A stretch of DNA of 64,000 nt, taken from Vicugna vicugna (lineage: Eukaryota). Each line of letters opens with the position of its first letter. The stretch's first letter is position 1. Below are positions 13,801 to 27,080 of the stretch, one piece after another. Location: positions 4,340,001 through 4,404,000 of the forward strand of contig MU058213.1 of assembly GCA_013265495.1 (NCBI GenBank), given 5' to 3'. Made by a program: the position numbers and the translations under genes. Under the pieces are notes generated by a model. It was not told where the DNA came from. It searched no databases and saw only the letters and a program-made list of their open reading frames with translations.

Positions 13801-15389
13801 TTGACGTCTGCTTTCAGAGTGTGGTAATTCAGTACTGAGATTAAGTCTTTGCCTTTAAATTGTTCCTAACAGGGACTGCAGAGTGTGATTTGTGTCTTTT
13901 GAATAAACGTTTTAAGTTTCTCATTCAATGCTTGCTTCTAGCATCAAGAGGAAAGGGAGAGGAGGAAATATTTTATACAAAGCTAAGACTCTAGTCAGTG
14001 TTAAGTAGCTATGGACTCTTTATTACTTTGTAGTAGTTCTGGTGCATGGCATGATCATAGTTTTTACTTTTAAAAAGCTGGTGTTTTTACATTCTAATGA
14101 GATTAAATTTTTTAACAATTAATATTACAGTATTAAGGAAACAGAAATGTGAGTGGCACTTGAAAAGCTGTTGTTTGTAGTGTATGTGGTTTTTCTAATT
14201 TAAATTTATACTTTGGGAGAATTAAATTTGGGCTTCAACATCATTCAAAAGTAAGACTTAGGGGCATTTTCAAGATAAACCCAGGAAATAAACCAGAAAG
14301 TGAAGACTGGTTTTTTTTCAGAACACAGTGAATTTGTGACTTTTCAAATGCTTTCTAACCATTCAAAGTAAATCTCTCATTTATCAAGTTGGAGTTAAGT
14401 TTGTCGTAACACCACATCGTAGATACATCAGTATATTGTCTTAATGTTTACAAAGTTAATAATATGCTTCAAAATAACAGCTAAAACATACAAGTGATAA
14501 TTATTGAACAAGAAAATTAAAATACTATTTATGAAAACGGTCACAGTTATTTCACTGTACCTTAGTGTTAGCAGAATATTTTAATAGTAATATTTTTTTC
14601 TATCAGTAAAAATGTATTTTTGTTTGAACTGTTTAGTGACTGTTAATAAGAAATTGTACTGTCCCATATGACTTTAAATATTAATGCTGTAGTTATAAAG
14701 AGCATGTGGAGTGCATGTAGAATATATTGGGATTTTAGTCACCATTTTTTATGTTTTGAAAGAAACATTAAAACTAACATGAATATAGTAGACAGTTAAT
14801 ATTTGAATTGAACTTAAAATTGTATTAAGGATCTTGTGGTGTGCCTGAACATGAATTCTGGAGTAGTGTTTAAGTAGTCAGATCAATACCTCTGACTTAT
14901 GATAATTAAAACAGAGAGAGCCTCTCTTTTTTTGTGTGTGGTAAAAGATGTAAAAACATTATTTTAATTCTTAACAGTTTGATTTATAGATAACGGTGAA
15001 TACCAAAGTGTTGCTGAACCTGTATGTTAGTAACCACATGAATACAATTCAAGACACTGATATTTTTGGTCTTTATGTTCTTATAAAAGTGCATTATGAT
15101 CTTTTAAAACTATTTCCTGATTATAACAAAGATATGCTGTCATAAGAATATTGGGAAAAATACAGAAGAAAACAGGTAAAAATAACTTTTGCCAGAATTA
15201 ACTGTATCTTGACATTTTGTTGTTGATTTTCTTCCTGCCCTTTTTCATGTTTATATATAATATATTAGGCATGCTTATGCTAGCATTTAAATTGGGATCA
15301 TACTGCTTCTGTAATGATACTAGATTTTAACATTAAAAGTATTGGTTCTTTATAATCATATATAATGCCTTTCATAGAATTTATAAGGG

Positions 15390-15600
15390 AAGACGTCAGC
15401 AAAGTTTTTCTGGAAGGGCCAGGTAGTAAAATATTTTAGGCTTTGCATACCAAGAATAAAATTCGCAATAGAATATAGGTTCTTACAACCATTTAAACTG
15501 TGACCATTTAAAAATTTAAAAACATTCTTAACTTGCAGGACTTAAAAAAACAAACAATTGTCTGGATTTGGCCCATTAGCTATAGTTTACTAACCTCTGC
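15390..15600 (+). mobile_element. MER58-family hAT-Charlie element
   Basis: 'gtcagcaaagtttttctggaagggccaggtagtaaaatattttaggctttg' ... 'ggatttggcccattagctatagtttactaacctctg'. Confidence 0.8.
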
Positions 15601-17301
15601 TTTAGAAGGTTGTTTGTTGTATTTCACAATATGTGTAAATTGTTAACAATTCTTGACATTACTACCTCAAAGGTACTGAGCCATCCTCTGTTTTAAAACC
15701 CAAGGACCCAGAATAAAATTCTAGTCTTATTGCTGCAGGTTATCAGTTTGCTGTCTCCTATAGGGAGGACTGACCTTGACTTAGTAAAATATGGTACTGG
15801 CGGTCTCCCTGGTAGAAGAACTAACTGAGCTTAGAAGTGAAGATAATTCAGCATTCACAGAAAATTGGAAAGTGTTATACTTGGATCTAATGCTGGAAGA
15901 TGAGGGTATTGTGTAAGAGGTGTTAGACCTACCTAGAAGTGTTATTTATTTAGCCTTAAAACATCAAGGCTGCCCTCCCAAATTTAGTTTTCCTTGACCT
16001 GGCTGTATTCCCTTTTTAGTCTCCGTTTTTATAACTTCAGAAATGGAACTAAATTATTATGTATGGATGTTATATTATTAAGTTATCACATATGATTTTA
16101 AAGGAGTTAACATGGAAAAGATAGAAATAATAAAGTAGCTGAAAATAAATGTCACAAAGGACTTTTTCTTGTCTTAGGATAAAAATTCTATCTTAAAAAG
16201 TGTCTAGAAGGAAAAAAATCTCCTATGACTTTGGTATTGCAATGCTGCTGTTTGTTATTAAGTATAGTTTTTGTGCATATGTGTAAGTATTACAGTTTCT
16301 GTTTTCATTTTATGTGCAAAGATTGTCCAGTTAACTCTTGTCTGTTGACTTTTCTTTATGATGTCTTCAGTGAAAAAAAGTGTGTTTGGAGGAGAACAAT
16401 AGATTTAAAATAAGATTTCATGCTGTCGTTTCAAGCTGTATCCCTAATGGTATGATACAAAAGCCCAAGTGTTCTGTCTCCTTTTTGGGGACATATTTAC
16501 AGACTTACTTATAGACTCAGAGTTATTAGGCAATTATAAGCCAAAGCTTTATTCAAACAAAACTCCACCTGAAGATAGTTTTCCTTTATGGTGCTTATAT
16601 TTTCCAGGAACATTTAGAGGGACAGGGTGCTTGTGTTTTTATTTGCCCTTCTAACCAGCAGTTTAAAAATACTGAATCCATACAGTTGAGTAATAAATTG
16701 TAGATTGCATTTCATAGCTTGTGTTGCCTTATTTTATTTTACTTTCTTTTTAATAAGGAAGGGGTGATCATTAGTTTCTAACATGAACAGATTTGCTGTA
16801 ATGAACATTGCTCTGCGTTTCTCTTGGCCTGTAGCATCCTTCCTGCAGAACTTGGAGCAGGGATAGTATGTGTTTAGTTTGAGTGGGCCAATGTGTTGTT
16901 CTGAGAGTATGTTTTGGAATACTGCTGAACTTTTAAGAATTTATTGGCAGCTTTGACCAGAACACCTAAATTAAAAATTTCTTACTACTCTTCAGATTTG
17001 TTAACTAAATACTCATGTGTTTGCTTTAATTTCCCAGGCCCCTTACATGGGACTAGGTGGTGGAATTAAAGAGAATATTCCTGACTCACCACCTCACTCA
17101 CTAAGTTGTTTCTCCACTAATGGTAAAGGATTTACACTGAGTGTTAGTCCATCCTCTGATTCCTTTGCTTTTTTTTCCTCTCCTCTGTCTTCATCAACCC
17201 TCTCTTCCCATGGCTGACTACACTGGACAGGATTAAATGATCGACCAGATCTAGGGGAATAGAAAAAGGCTAAATATTAAACTTGCATAGAAAAAGGTTA
17301 A

Positions 17302-17493
17302 GGGGGAGGGTATATAGCTCAGTGGTAGAGTACCTGCCTAGCATGCATGAAGTCCTGGGTTCAATCCCCAATACCTCCATTAAAAAAAAAAATAAAGAAA
17401 CTTAATTACCTCTCCCCACAAAAACAAAACAAAGTAAAATTTTGAAAAATTGGGTTGTCTTAGAAAGAAAGAAAGAAAGAAACAAAGAAACAA
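17302..17493 (+). mobile_element. Vic-1-type tRNA-derived SINE (camelid)
   Basis: Head 'gggggagggtatatagctcagtggtagag' (A box), 'gggttcaatcccc' (B box), 'taattacctc' 3' part and A-rich tail; near-TSD agaaaaaggttaa / agaaaaagggttaa. Confidence 0.9.
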
Positions 17494-18509
17494 AGAAAAA
17501 GGGTTAAACTTGTGACCTTGCTTTATTGTCCATGTGATATTAATTGCTATTTTATAATGTCTTAACTTATGCAATTCAAAATTTTAATTGGCTAACAATA
17601 AAATATGGGCCTATTTAGATAAAGTTTGGAGGAAATAAGATCTCATTAGTTTGCATTATGAAAAATATCTTTTTTAGTCCATGAGTACAGAGACTTGCCT
17701 CCTGCTTAAATGATGATGGTCTGAAGATTTAAAACACATTTAGGGTTGATAAATTTCTGTGGCAAAGCATTTAATATTTTTTAAAGAAATGAAAGTCAAT
17801 AATAATTTTTGTGTACCTTAATTCCTTTTGAAATACTCTTGTCAAAACCACAAAGTTGAATTTCATATAAATAAATATCCATTACAGTGCTCTTTTAAAA
17901 TTTCTCATCGTTGACTAACATGTAGAAGAGTTAACTGTCTTGTAGGACTCAGAGTGAAGAAAAAGTTGGCGAAAACAAGTCAACAAATAAATTTTTAGAT
18001 TGTATATTACAGAGACAAACACCTTTAATGTATGATTCCTTTGATTTTTAAACAAAATGTAAATCTAAATTTTAAAACTTTTATTTCCCAGTTGGCCAGT
18101 TTGGAAGTTTAAGGCCACTGTTTTGAAAGAAAATATGACTTAACTGATTTCAGTTTGAATCTACTACTGAAAGTCATTTAACATTTCCTTGAATGGTGAT
18201 TCTTAACCAGTTACCTGTAAATAGACCACCCACATAACAATACCCATTGATGTGCCTAGCCCGTCATTGTGATTTCATAAAGAGTAAGGAAGTAGTCCTT
18301 CTTTTTTTTCAGTTTTTTAAATACTTTATTTTGAAAAATTTGCCCCAAGTAGGAAAGGACACAGGAGGATATAAAGTTAGATGAGCTACATCACTTAGAT
18401 ATAATTACAAATATTATAGTATGCTTCTGTCATTTTAATAATTATAATAATTCTAAATTAAGTATAATTATATTTAATATTACAGATATAACATTTACAG
18501 TTTTAATTT

Positions 18510-19740
18510 TTTATTAATTTTTTCTTTTAGTTTTGAGATACAGCACTGTATAGGTTTAAGGTGTACAGCATAATGACCTGACTTACATATATTGTGAAAT
18601 GATTTACTGCAGTAAGTTTAGTTAACATCCATTATCTCATATAGATACCAAGAAAAAATTTTTTTCCCTTATGTTGAGAGCTTTTAGAATTTATGCTCTT
18701 AGCAACTTTCAGTTATACCACATGGCTGTGTTAACTATAGTCATACTATACTTACTTATCTTCTACTTGGAAGTTTGTACCTTTTGACCACCTTCATCCT
18801 CCCTCCTCCTACCTTTGGCAACCACAGGTTTGATCTCCTTTTGAATGAGTTTGTTTAGTTTTTAGATTATAACATAAAGGAGATCATGTAGTATTTGTTG
18901 TTCCCTGACTTATTTCACTTAGCATAAGGCCTTTGGAGTCTATCCATGTCGTTTCAAATGGAAGATTTCCTTTCTTTTTTATGGCTGAATAGTATTCCAT
19001 TGTATATATGTATCACATTTTCTTTATTTATCTGATGGATACTTAGGTTGTTTTTGTGTCTTGGCTATTGTAAATAATGCTGCAGTGAATATGGGGGTGC
19101 AAATAGCTCTTCTCCATACTGATTGTGTTTTCTTCAGATGTATACCTAGAAGTGGAACTGATATATGGTAGGTCTGTTTTTAATTTTTTGGAGGACTCTC
19201 CATACTGTTTTCCATAGCAGCTGTACCAGATCACAGTCAGCAAGTGCACAAGAGTGCCCTTGTCTCCACATTTTCACCAGCATTTGTCATTTCTTGTCTT
19301 TTTGATGATAACCATTCTAACAGGTATAAAGTGATAGCTCATTGTGATTTTAATTTGCATTTCCCTAATGATTAATGGCATTGAACACCTTTTCACATAC
19401 CTGTTGGCCATTTTGATATCTTTTTTGGAAAAATATCTACTCAGGTCCTTTGCTCAATTTTAAAATTGGATTATTTGCTTTTCTGCTGTTGAGTTGTGTG
19501 AGTTCTTTACATATTTTAGATATTAATGTCTTATCAGGTGTATGACTTGCAAATATTTTGATCTTTTGTGGTTCCATATAAATTTCAGGATTGGTTTTGC
19601 TACTTCTGTAAAAAATACCATTGGGATCTTGATAGGAATTGCATTGAATCTATAGATGGCTTTGAGTTGTGTGGACATTTTAACAATATTAATTCTTTTC
19701 AATCCATGAACCTGAGACATCTTTTCATTTATTTGTGATA
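18510..19740 (-). mobile_element. LINE-1 3' UTR plus ORF2 end, with internal deletion near 19560
   Basis: Minus-strand ORF 19523-19720 '[25 protein letters not shown]' is L1 ORF2; 3' UTR 'tttaaggtgtacagcataatga'. Confidence 0.92.
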
Positions 19741-20009
19741 AATGGAGTCCTTATTTTCTGATAGTGTATTATAAAGTTTTGAGAAACTTGCAATGATAGT
19801 CTATAATCATAAAAACTTTTTAGTAGTGTTATTACTGTCTTCATGATTTGGTTACTGTGTGAATTAGGGATTTTTTTGTAAATGGAAGGAGAACTCATAG
19901 GACTATTTTTTAAATTTTAGATTGCTGGTATCTTCTGATAAGTATATTTGAGGAGTCCATGTGATAGTAAGAATTGAGTAACTGAATAGAATTAAAGAAT
20001 AGTTTCATT

Positions 20010-23000
20010 TTCAGGTATGATAGATTAAGCACACACACCTTATTTCACCTTCTAAATGCATTTGTAAAACCTGGACAAAATGGATGGAACAGCTATTTGA
20101 AAACTATGAAGAATAAATAATAACAGATTCTAAAGAAGAGGAAGAAGGCTATAATCTAAAGTACCATAAAACTGACTGTGAGTTCACCACTTTTTTCCTT
20201 CCGGTGTTCCTGAGGCTGATCTTAAACAATCTGAAGACTACAATGGGGACTTAGGTAGAGACAGCACCAAAAAAGAAAAAAGCCTGCTAGTTCTGGTTCA
20301 AGGAGTAGGAAAGGAAAGATGATGCCACTGTGAATGTGGAAATTTCATCTTTTTTTTTTCACTTTTCTCTGTTCTCTCATGCTGTAGTCTCAAGTAACCC
20401 TGTGGTAATGGCAGTAACCTGCCGCCAAAACAGTGAGGAGTGGGAACCTTCCTCTCCAACTATCACACCCCCATTACTTTTCTCCGCTCTCTGCCCTTCC
20501 ATTGCATGGTCTCAGAGCAGGTACAAGAACAGAAGTGTGTGATCAAGCTGGTTACCTAAAGCTCCAGATTCTGGCTGAAGAAATGAAAAGGGATGCCCTC
20601 TGGGGGTTTGAAAGTCCTAAGATCATGTAGAGGGAGAAACTTGGGAAAACAGTACCATAAATTTGTTTATGGATTCTTGGGTTCACTCCTGAGCTATACA
20701 TACATGGAAATAACAGACTCCTGCCCAAGTCCTAGACTGATTTATTGGATGATACAAGGTGGGACAGATTCATATAGCGGAGCAGGGGCTTTGAAAGTTG
20801 AACTGATAATGGAACCATGCCATAGAGCCATGTGAGAACTTGTAGCCTGAATCTAACCATGCCATCACTTGTTAAAACAAAAATATTGACATTATCCACT
20901 GGATTTAAACAGGAACCAGAATTTCATAATGTAATATTAAAATGTCTAGATTATAATACAAAATCACCTAGCATATGAAGAACCAGGAAAATGTCAATTC
21001 ACATGGGAAGACATGGTCAACATAAACCATCATGATACAGATGTTGGAATTATATGACAGAGACTTTATAGTAGCTATTAAACACATGGTCTAGTGAGCA
21101 GTTATGGATGCTGTTGAAATAAATGGAAAAGTAGGAAGTTTCAGCATAGAAAAAGGAGATATAAAAAAGGTAGAGAATTGTTAGAACTGAAAAATGCAGT
21201 AAGTTGAAAAAAAATCCACTGGATGGCTCAATAGCAGAGAGGGAAGAAATATTTAAAAACTGAATAGAGCCTCAGGGAACTGTGGGAAAATAACAAAATG
21301 TTAGACATCTTAAGACATTTTGAGAAAGAATGTGGTACTGAAAAATATTTGAGTAATGACCTACCACATCATAAATTTAGTGAAAGATACAAACATACAG
21401 ATTCAAAGAACCTGAAACAGTTATGAAAAACCCAAAGAAATCCATACCCAGACATTGTCATCATAAATCTGAAAACTAAAAACAAGAAAAATCTTGAAAG
21501 CAACCAGAGAAAAATGGCGTATTCCTCTGGGGGAACAGTGATTCGAATGATTGAGGAATTCTCGTCAGAAACTGTGGATGCAAGAAGGAAGAGGCAAAAT
21601 ATTCTTAAAAGTACTGAAAGAAAAGAACTGTCCATAACCAGCAAAAATATTTTTTAGGGTTGAGAGTGACATAAGGACATATTCAGATGAAGGAAAACTT
21701 AAGAGTATTCATTGCCAGAAGACCAAATCTAAAATTTGCTAAAGAATATTCTTAAGACAGAAGGGAAAATGATACCAGAAGGAAACTTGGACATCAGGAA
21801 TGAACGAAGATCAACAGAAATGGTAAATATCTGTGTAATATCATAGACTGAGTTCTTTAAAATGTATTTGATAATTGAAAGAAAAATTACAACATTGTCT
21901 GATGTGTTTTTTAATGGATATGGTATAATACATGATATCTGTGAAGTGGTGAAATACTGGTTCTAAGTGGACTCTGAAAAGTTAAATATATGTGGTGTTA
22001 TCCTTGGAATATTTACAAAATAAAGAGATTAGAATCAAAGTGAATAAATTAAAATGGAATATTAAAAAATACTAAACACCAAAGAAGGCAGAAAAAAGGG
22101 AAGAAGCAGAAAACAGTAAAATTGTAGATATAAATTGTTACACATCACTAATTACTTGAAATTTTTAATTTAAATGCTTTAAATGCATTTAATTACTTTA
22201 AATGCTATAAACACATTAGTTAAAGAACATTGTTAGAGTACATTGAAAAATGACCCCATTATATGCTATCTATTAGAAACTTCCTTAAAATAATACAGCG
22301 AGGTTAAAAATGAAAGGATGGGAAAAGATATACCATGCAAACACCAATCAAAAGAAAACTAGTGGCTGTTTTAAGCAAACAAAATAAACTTTGGAGGAAA
22401 GATAATTATCTAGGATAAAAGAGAGCATTATATATTGAAAAATGGAATAATTTACCAGTCCTAAATGTGTGCATACCTAACAACAGAACTTAAAAATACA
22501 TGAAGCAAAATCTGACAGAACTTAAAGAAGAAAGAGAACTTTACAATTATAGTTGAAGACTTCCCACTTCTTTCTTAGGAATAGATAGAACTAGCAGACA
22601 GACATTACCAAGGTTACAGAAAGACTGAACACTATCCATCAACTAGATCTAATTGATACTTACTTTACCCAGTAACAGCAGAATATGCATTCTTTTCAAG
22701 TATACATAGATACCACCAAGAAAGAAAATACCTTGGTCGTTAAACAAATCTTGACAAATTTAGAAGAACTGAGCTCAAAGTATGTTCTCAGACTATAATG
22801 GAAATGAATTAGAAATCAATAACAGAGAGATAAAAGGAAGTCTCTAAGCTCTTGGAAATTAAATAAAAGACTTCTAAATAATCTATTGGATAAAAGAGGA
22901 AGCCTCAGGGGAAATTAAAAAATATTTTGTACTGAACATAAATGAAAATATAACATGTCAGAATTTATACAGCCCAGGCAGTATTTATAAGAAAACTTAA

Positions 23001-25590
23001 CTCATCTAGTGCTTATATTAGAAAAGAAAAAAAAACCCCTCATTTCAGTAATCTGTGCTTCCATCTCAAGAAACTAGGCAAAAGAGAACAAAATAAATAC
23101 CAAGTAAGAGGAGAAAATGAACAGTTCTCTTTATGAAGCCAGTATTAACCTGATATCAAAACTATACAAAGGTTGTAAATGATAAAGAAGGGAAGGAAGG
23201 AAAAAAAAGAAAGAGACAGAAAAGGAGAAATGAAGGAAGGAAACTATGGACCAGTATATCTCATGAATATAGTTGCAAAAATCCTCAGCAAAACATTAGC
23301 AGATTAAATCCTATCATCCATAAAAAAATACACCACGACTGAAAAACCTACAAAAAATTCTACAGCAAACATCATACTTTATGGTGAGGGACTGAACACT
23401 TCATTCTGTGAACAAGAACAAGGCAAGAATGTCTACTCTTACCTTTCTTACTAGGTATTTTACTGAAAGTCTTAGTCATTGTTCAAATGGCAGCAAAAGG
23501 AAATAAAAGGCATTGCAGATTGGGAAGAAGAAATAAAACTGTTCCTATTTACAGACAACATGATTGTCTATGTAGAAAATCTCAAAGAACCTTGAAGACC
23601 TAGAGTAAGTGATTTTAGCAAGGTCATGGGATACAAGATCAACACACACACACACACAGCTGTATTTCTATATACTAGCAATTTATAGTGGGAAAATAAA
23701 ATAATGCTGTTTATGGTAGCTCCAGATGAATTAAATACTTTGTAATAAATACACATGTATACATGATATGTGTGCTGAAAACTACTAAACAGTAATGAAG
23801 GAAATAAAAGAAGACCCATGTAAATGTCGAGGCATACTGTGTCCATAGATTCGTAGACTCAAAGTAGTGAAAAAGTCAGTTCTTCCCAATTCAATTGATA
23901 GATTTAACACAATTTCAATAAAAACTCTAGCAGTATATTTTGTTGATATAGATGATCTGACTTTAAAATTTACATGGAAATGTTAATGAATAGAATAGCT
24001 AAAACAATTTTGAAAAGAATAAAAAGGAAAAATTACACTTCCTGATTTTGAGTCACTATAAATCTACAGAGAGTACTGTGTAGAAGTGATATAGATAGGA
24101 AAAAGGATAGGGACATAGTAGAACATGGTAGAGTACTGAGGAACAATTGCACGTGTGGCAAAGATGTGAAAGCAGTGCAGTTGGTAGAGAATAGTCGTAT
24201 CAACAAAGATTTATAAAAATTGAACCTTTTAAGGCCAAAAATCATGTTGCAATAATTGGACATGCATTTACAAAAAAAATGAACCTTGTTTTAAATTCAC
24301 ATCTTCTGCAAAAGTTAACTCAAAATCAGTCATAGACCTAAATGTAAAATATAAACTACTAAATTTTAAAAAGAAAACATTCTTGATTTGGGATTAGGCA
24401 AAGAGTTTTTAGTCATTACATAAAAAGCAGGATCCATAAAAGAAAAAGTTGATAAATTTGACTTCTTTAAAATGAAAAATTTTGCTTTACAAAAGGCAGT
24501 GTTAAACAAAGAGACATACTAGAAATTAGTTGATGATGTTCATCACAGATTTGTGTTCAAAATGTATTAGGAAATCTCAAAAATTAACGGTGAGAAAACT
24601 AACAACACAGTTCAAAAATGGGCATAAGTTTGAGCAGACGTTTCACTAAAGAGGATACAAGGATGGCAAATACACATCTAAAATTTTGTTCAGTGTAGTT
24701 AGCCGTTAGCGAAATACAGTTTAAAACCATGATGAGATACTCCTGCATAGCTATGAGACAGCTAAAACTTAAAAAAGGATTCTGACGATACCAAGTACTG
24801 TTGAGGATGCAGACCAGTGGCACTCTCATACATTGCTGGTGGGGATGCAAAATGTTACAACTTGGAAAAGAGTTTGACAGTTTCTTACAATGTTAACCGT
24901 ACACTTACCTCATGACCCAACAATTCCACTTCTTGATATTTAGCCTAGGGAAATGAAAAATTATATTTGCTCAGAAAAGTGTGTGCAGATACTTATAGAA
25001 GTTATATGTATAGTTGAAAAGAACTGAAAATTGCCCACCTGTCCTTCAGAAGGGAGATGGCTACACAAAATGTTGGTCATTCATACAATGAAATACTACT
25101 CAGCAGTTAAAAGGAATAACTACTTGTGCATGCAACAAAACAAATGAATCTCAAGTGCATTATACAGAATGAAGGAAACCACTTTCAAAGATTCAGTTCT
25201 GTGTGGTTCCATTTATGCAACATTCTTAAAAGACAAAGCTATAGTGGTAGAGAACACATCTGTCCTTGCCAGAGGTTGAGCTTAAAGAGGGTGTGTGTGG
25301 CTATAAAAGCATGAGGGAGTGCTTTTGTGTAGTGTAATTGTTCTGTATCATGTTTTGATGCTGTCTCCAAGGATGTGTTACAACTCATAAACTTGAACAC
25401 CACAATTATCTTTCTTTTTTTTAAATTGAAGTATAGTTCATTTACAATGTTGTGTTAAATTCTGGTGTACAGCATAGTGATTCATTTTTACATGTATTAA
25501 TTTTTTCCTTTTCATAGTCTTTTAACATCATAGTTTTAAAAATTCAGTTTTACTGTATGATAATTTAACAAATATAATTTTAAAAGAATT
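20010..25590 (+). mobile_element. Long degraded ancient LINE-1 (5' region, ORF1, ORF2, L1MC/ME-type 3' UTR) with internal deletions
   Basis: ORF1-like 21000-21800, endonuclease-like 'aaaggatgggaaaagatataccatgcaaac' ~22315, RT-region 'tatttacagacaacatgattgtctatgtagaaaatc' ~23545, 3' UTR ~25080-25590; all frames broken. Confidence 0.9.
25410..25525 (-). mobile_element. Younger artiodactyl-type L1 3' tail nested in the old L1
   Basis: 'tttttttttaaattgaagtatagttcatttacaatgttgtgttaaattctggtgtacagcatagtgattca'. Confidence 0.8.
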
Positions 25591-25949
25591 AAAAAATAGA
25601 AGTTAGAGAGGGAAAATGGACAGGAGAGGTGGTGACATAGACCAAAATTGCACCAAAATTCAGGAATTTGTTTCTGACTGAAAATAAAACTCTGATTTCA
25701 GTGATGCTGTTTTCTATGTAATAGGTGAAAGTCAGGTACAAGTTATTACTTTTTAAAAATGTACTTAACAGTGTTTCTTTTAATAATTCTTGTTTTTAAT
25801 TTAGAATATTCATTTCCCTGTGTAGTAAAATTTGAAAGACCAAATGTATTCCAAATATATAAAATCTATGACCAGTTTTCATTTCGACCTTTTCAACTCA
25901 CTTCATTTCCTGGGATCGGTTTTTTTTTAAGCATATGTAATAAGGAATG

Positions 25950-26260
25950 ATAACACTTCTAAATAACACATGAATCAGCGAAGAAATTTCGAGTAATTTT
26001 TAAATATTTTGAACTAAATGAAAGAGGAAACAACAAAGAATTTGTGGAATGCAGCGAAAGCAGTGTTTGGAGAGAAGTTCATAGCAATGAATGCATATAC
26101 TAGAAGAAAGACCTAAAATCAGTAATACAAGCTTCCACCTCAGGAGACTAAAAAAAGCAAAGCAAATTAAATCCAAAGTGAGCAGAAGAAAAGAAATAAT
26201 AAAAATTAGGGCATAAATCTATGAATTTGAAAACAAAAATCATCAACAAAACCAAAAGTC
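25950..26260 (+). mobile_element. LINE-1 ORF2 fragment
   Basis: 'aacacttctaaataacacatg...aatttgtggaatgcagcgaaagcagtg...agcagaagaaaagaaataataaaaattag'. Confidence 0.85.
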
Positions 26261-26699
26261 TTATTTTATCTTCAAAAAAGTAAAGTAAAGGATGATGAAC
26301 CTGATGCTTTTCCAGGGCCATTTTTCAGAGTCTGGTTTTGTTTTTATTATCTTTGTTAATTATTTCTAGTTCTACACAGTAAACCTGATTATTGTCTCCA
26401 TTGAGGTATCTGTGTAGTATTTACCATAACCAGAGACTGACTTCTTTGTCTTCATTTTTTTCTTTCACCGCTGAAGTTCCACCTTACTGCTTTATTTTGC
26501 AGGTGTACATTTAATATGCCTCTGTAGCCATATTATTTCTGATTATAAATTTTACCCCTTTCCCTACAGCTCTCCTAATGCTTTTATTTATATTTCAATG
26601 TCCAGGAATCACACAGATTGCATTGGTCTTTATAGCGTTCACAGTTTTGAATAACAACCTGCAATCCTTTACTAAGCATTTCACAAAAAAGGTCCTTTT

Positions 26700-27080
26700 C
26701 CTATATAACCACATCATGATTATCATGACAAAGAAAATTAATAGCAATTTCCCTAATACTGTCCCTGTTTGTATTTCTTGAATTGTCCCAAAATGTCTTC
26801 CATGGATTTTTAAAAAAATATTCTTTGCATTTGATTGTTATATATATGTTTTCAGTTTCTTTTAATTTAAAGCAGTTTCCTGTACAACTGACCTTTTGAA
26901 GAAAGCAGAACAGTTGTCTAGTAGAATATCTCACTTCTAGATTTGTCTGATTTTCCTTGAAGTGTTACTTAATGTCTTTGACTATCTCCCCCTTTTCCTG
27001 AAACATTCCTGAAACATTTTTTGTCAGTAAAACTTTGTAATTGATGCTATTTATAACATTAAGAGGTACATACTGTTGAA
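26700..27080 (-). mobile_element. Ancient L1 (L1MC4/L1ME-like) 3' UTR fragment
   Basis: 'cagttgtctagtagaatatctcacttctagatttgtctgatt'. Confidence 0.6.

Noticed and set aside
17302..17378. tRNA gene (also at 56835-56908)
   Set aside because: A and B boxes are present, but the A-rich tail, TSDs and imperfect cloverleaf identify SINE heads
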